Assembly: GCA_012295275.1 (NCBI GenBank)
Contig: CM022674.1
Location: forward strand, 7,068,001 to 7,132,000
Length of the DNA: 64,000 bases
Source of the DNA: Chrysomallon squamiferum
Taxonomy: Eukaryota > Animalia > Mollusca
Reading direction: 5' to 3'
The notes beneath the pieces are model-generated. The model worked only from the letters and a program-made list of their open reading frames with translations. It ran no database searches and had not been told where the DNA came from. This document shows, piece after piece, positions 61,491-64,000 of this stretch; position 1 is the stretch's first letter; every line of letters begins with the position of its first letter. The position numbers and the translations under genes were made by a program.

Positions 61491-61590
61491 TCTCAAAAGT
61501 TACAAGTTTTAACATTTATATTGTATTAGCATATTATATTTATATTTATATTAATGTATTGTATTGGTATAATTTTACATTTCAGTTACA

Positions 61591-61690
61591 ATGTCGTCAG
61601 TAAAAGTGGCTGTCAGGGTTCGTCCCTTTAACAACCGTGAAAATTCCAGAGGTTCAGAATGTATCATTCAGATGAATGGAAAAACAACAG
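61591..61690 (+). CDS. unc-104: unc-104/KIF1 coding exon 1
   Basis: Acceptor tttcag| ends at 61585, ATG at 61591, donor CAG|gtgtgt. Confidence 0.9.
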
Positions 61691-63461
61691 GTGTGTATAC
61701 ACAACACAACACAGACACACACACACATACATACATACATACACACTCACACACACATACACATAATATGTGTATGTATATAGAACAATAATTTCAATTA
61801 ACAAATTTATGTTTTGTGTATAAACTGTGTGTATATGTTTTTGTGTCACATCATTTATATCTAAAAAACACACACACACACACACACATATTTATACACA
61901 CTTAGACATGCATACACACAGAGAAAAGAATTCACACTTATACACACTTAGACATGCATACACATTTATATGATAACATACTTATAACATGATAACATTT
62001 ATTATATGATGCATACACACACAGAGAAAAGTAGACAGATACAAACACTCATACTTACACCCACCCACACACACACAAAACGATACAGATAGATAGATAA
62101 ATAGATACATGCACAAACTTACACACACATACACTTGCACACAGAAATAGGCAGATAAACAGATGTACACATATTTACATACACAGATAGATGCATGTGC
62201 ATGCACACACACACACACACACACACACACAATAGGCATGGGTAGATAAATAGATAAATACACACATACTAACATATGCAGATATATAAATACATCCATA
62301 GGTATGCAAACAGATAAACATATAATCATATACACCTATTTGGATATATGTATATAATACACATATTCTCACACTTACATGGACAAATATAGATATGTAA
62401 CATTATACACACACATACATACACTAACATAGAGATAAAATTTAATAAATATGAACTGCATGACCCTCTGTACAAGAACAAGACAGTTTTGTTCTCACTC
62501 AGAATACAGAGAATGACAGTTAATAATCTACAAATCAAAAATATTGATTTTTGCTTTTCATGAAAATTAGTTTCTCTAGGCGTTTATATTAATAAAAACA
62601 TTGCAGTTAAGTCTCTCTGTATCTGGTTAACAGTGGAATATCCATTGCTATGGAGTCATTGTATTAATATTATTGAACACAAGTTTACTTGACAGTTTCT
62701 AAGTGTGGTAGCCATATTGAATTTTTAAAAGCTGTGGCAGCAGTTATCAATTTATAAATTTTTTTGAAAAGTGAGAGTGGGATGAATTTTGACTTAAAGG
62801 TCATAAATAGTTTCTGAAAAAAAAAGAGAAACAAAAGAATACAAAATAAAAATAAAAATAAATAAAAATTTGAATTTGAAAAAAAAAGACATTGTTTTTT
62901 GTTTGTTTTTTCTCATAAATTTGTTATAAAATCATTATTTTTTATTTATTAAAAAATATTTAAAAATAATTATAGAATATCTTGCACTGAGAATATAATA
63001 ATAAAAAAAACCTCAAGACAACAAATGGTTTTATTTAACAACAAAACAGATAGTTACATAAAATTAAAAATAATCCATTTTTTTATTACTATTATTGTTA
63101 ATTAATTTATTTATTTATTAGGATCATTTATTTATTTATTAGGATCATCATTATTATTGTTGCTTTTATTGTTATTATTATTATTTTATAACATTATGTT
63201 GATATTTATTTGTTTATTTTCAGCTATTACAAACCCAAAAGCATCTTCAAAAGACCATGAAACAAAGAGTTTTAATTTTGACTACTCTTACTGGTCTCAC
63301 ACTACAGTAAGTTTATTTAATTTTCTTGTCTGTAATTCTACACTCATAGTTATAAATAATATATGTAAAATTTTAATTTATTATCCATATATTTTTTATT
63401 ACCATTTCATAATTTAATTTTTGGTAATTGTTTAGCAAATCTTTTTCTTCTTCCTTATCCA

Positions 63462-63492
<31 letters not shown>

Positions 63493-63658
63493 CCAATTAT
63501 AACATCATTTTTATCATACAAATTTGTGAAAAATAAAATAAGAACATTTTATCATTTAAAATTATTTACAAATAATTATATTACAAAAAGAATAGTCACA
63601 ATTTATTTTTAATTAATTATTTTGAATGAAAACATTTTTCTGGTTCTAATAACCAAAT

Positions 63659-63702
<44 letters not shown>

Positions 63703-63918
63703 CAGTGTAATAATATTATTTATAAATTCCTTTTTCAGCCAGAGGATCCAAATTTTGCAACACAGAAGCAGGTTTACGAGGACATTGGACTGGAAATGCT
63801 GGATCATGCCTTTGAAGGATACAATGTCTGTATCTTTGCGTATGGACAGACTGGATCGGGCAAGAGCTACACAATGATGGGGCGCAATGAACCTGGCCAA
63901 GAAGGAATCATTCCTCAG
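61591..63918 (+). CDS. unc-104: Kinesin-3 motor of the unc-104/KIF1A-B type, first three coding exons (continues past window)
   Basis: Exons 61591-61690, 63224-63306 and 63739-63918 splice in frame to [57 protein letters not shown] (P-loop), the typical UNC-104/KIF1 N-terminus. Confidence 0.92.
63224..63306 (+). CDS. unc-104: unc-104/KIF1 coding exon 2
   Basis: ttttcag|CT ... ACA|gtaagt, [10 protein letters not shown]. Confidence 0.92.
63739..63918 (+). CDS. unc-104: unc-104/KIF1 coding exon 3 (P-loop)
   Basis: ttttcag|CCA ... CAG|gtagag, GQTGSGKS. Confidence 0.93.
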
Positions 63919-63964
63919 GTAGAGACTATTTTTAATTAAATAATGTATTCTTTAAATTCTGGGA

Positions 63965-64000
<36 letters not shown>

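Overview
AT-rich, microsatellite-dense animal genomic DNA with spliceosomal GT-AG introns; probably an invertebrate (mollusc-like is a low-confidence impression). Three protein-coding genes can be rebuilt exon by exon. (1) The last 7 coding exons of NOC2L (+, 27025-32959); no upstream NOC2L exon is visible in the preceding 27 kb. (2) A complete DHX29 DEAH-box helicase gene (-, 53891-33487, 28 coding exons, about 1365 aa) with two apparent +1 homopolymer frameshifts. (3) The first three coding exons of a kinesin-3 of the unc-104/KIF1A type (+, from 61591). NOC2L and DHX29 are tail-to-tail; DHX29 and the kinesin are head-to-head. DHX29 intron 3 holds a young 1.6-kb non-autonomous DNA transposon (about 280-bp TIRs, TTAT target duplication) that appears to be nested in an older pogo/Tigger-like element. 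Three splice junctions have been locally duplicated, creating decoy or alternative splice sites. Most ORFs in the supplied track are microsatellite artefacts. I found no convincing novel multi-gene system. The best leads are the junction duplications, the nested transposon and the exon-free 27 kb with enhancer-like islands.
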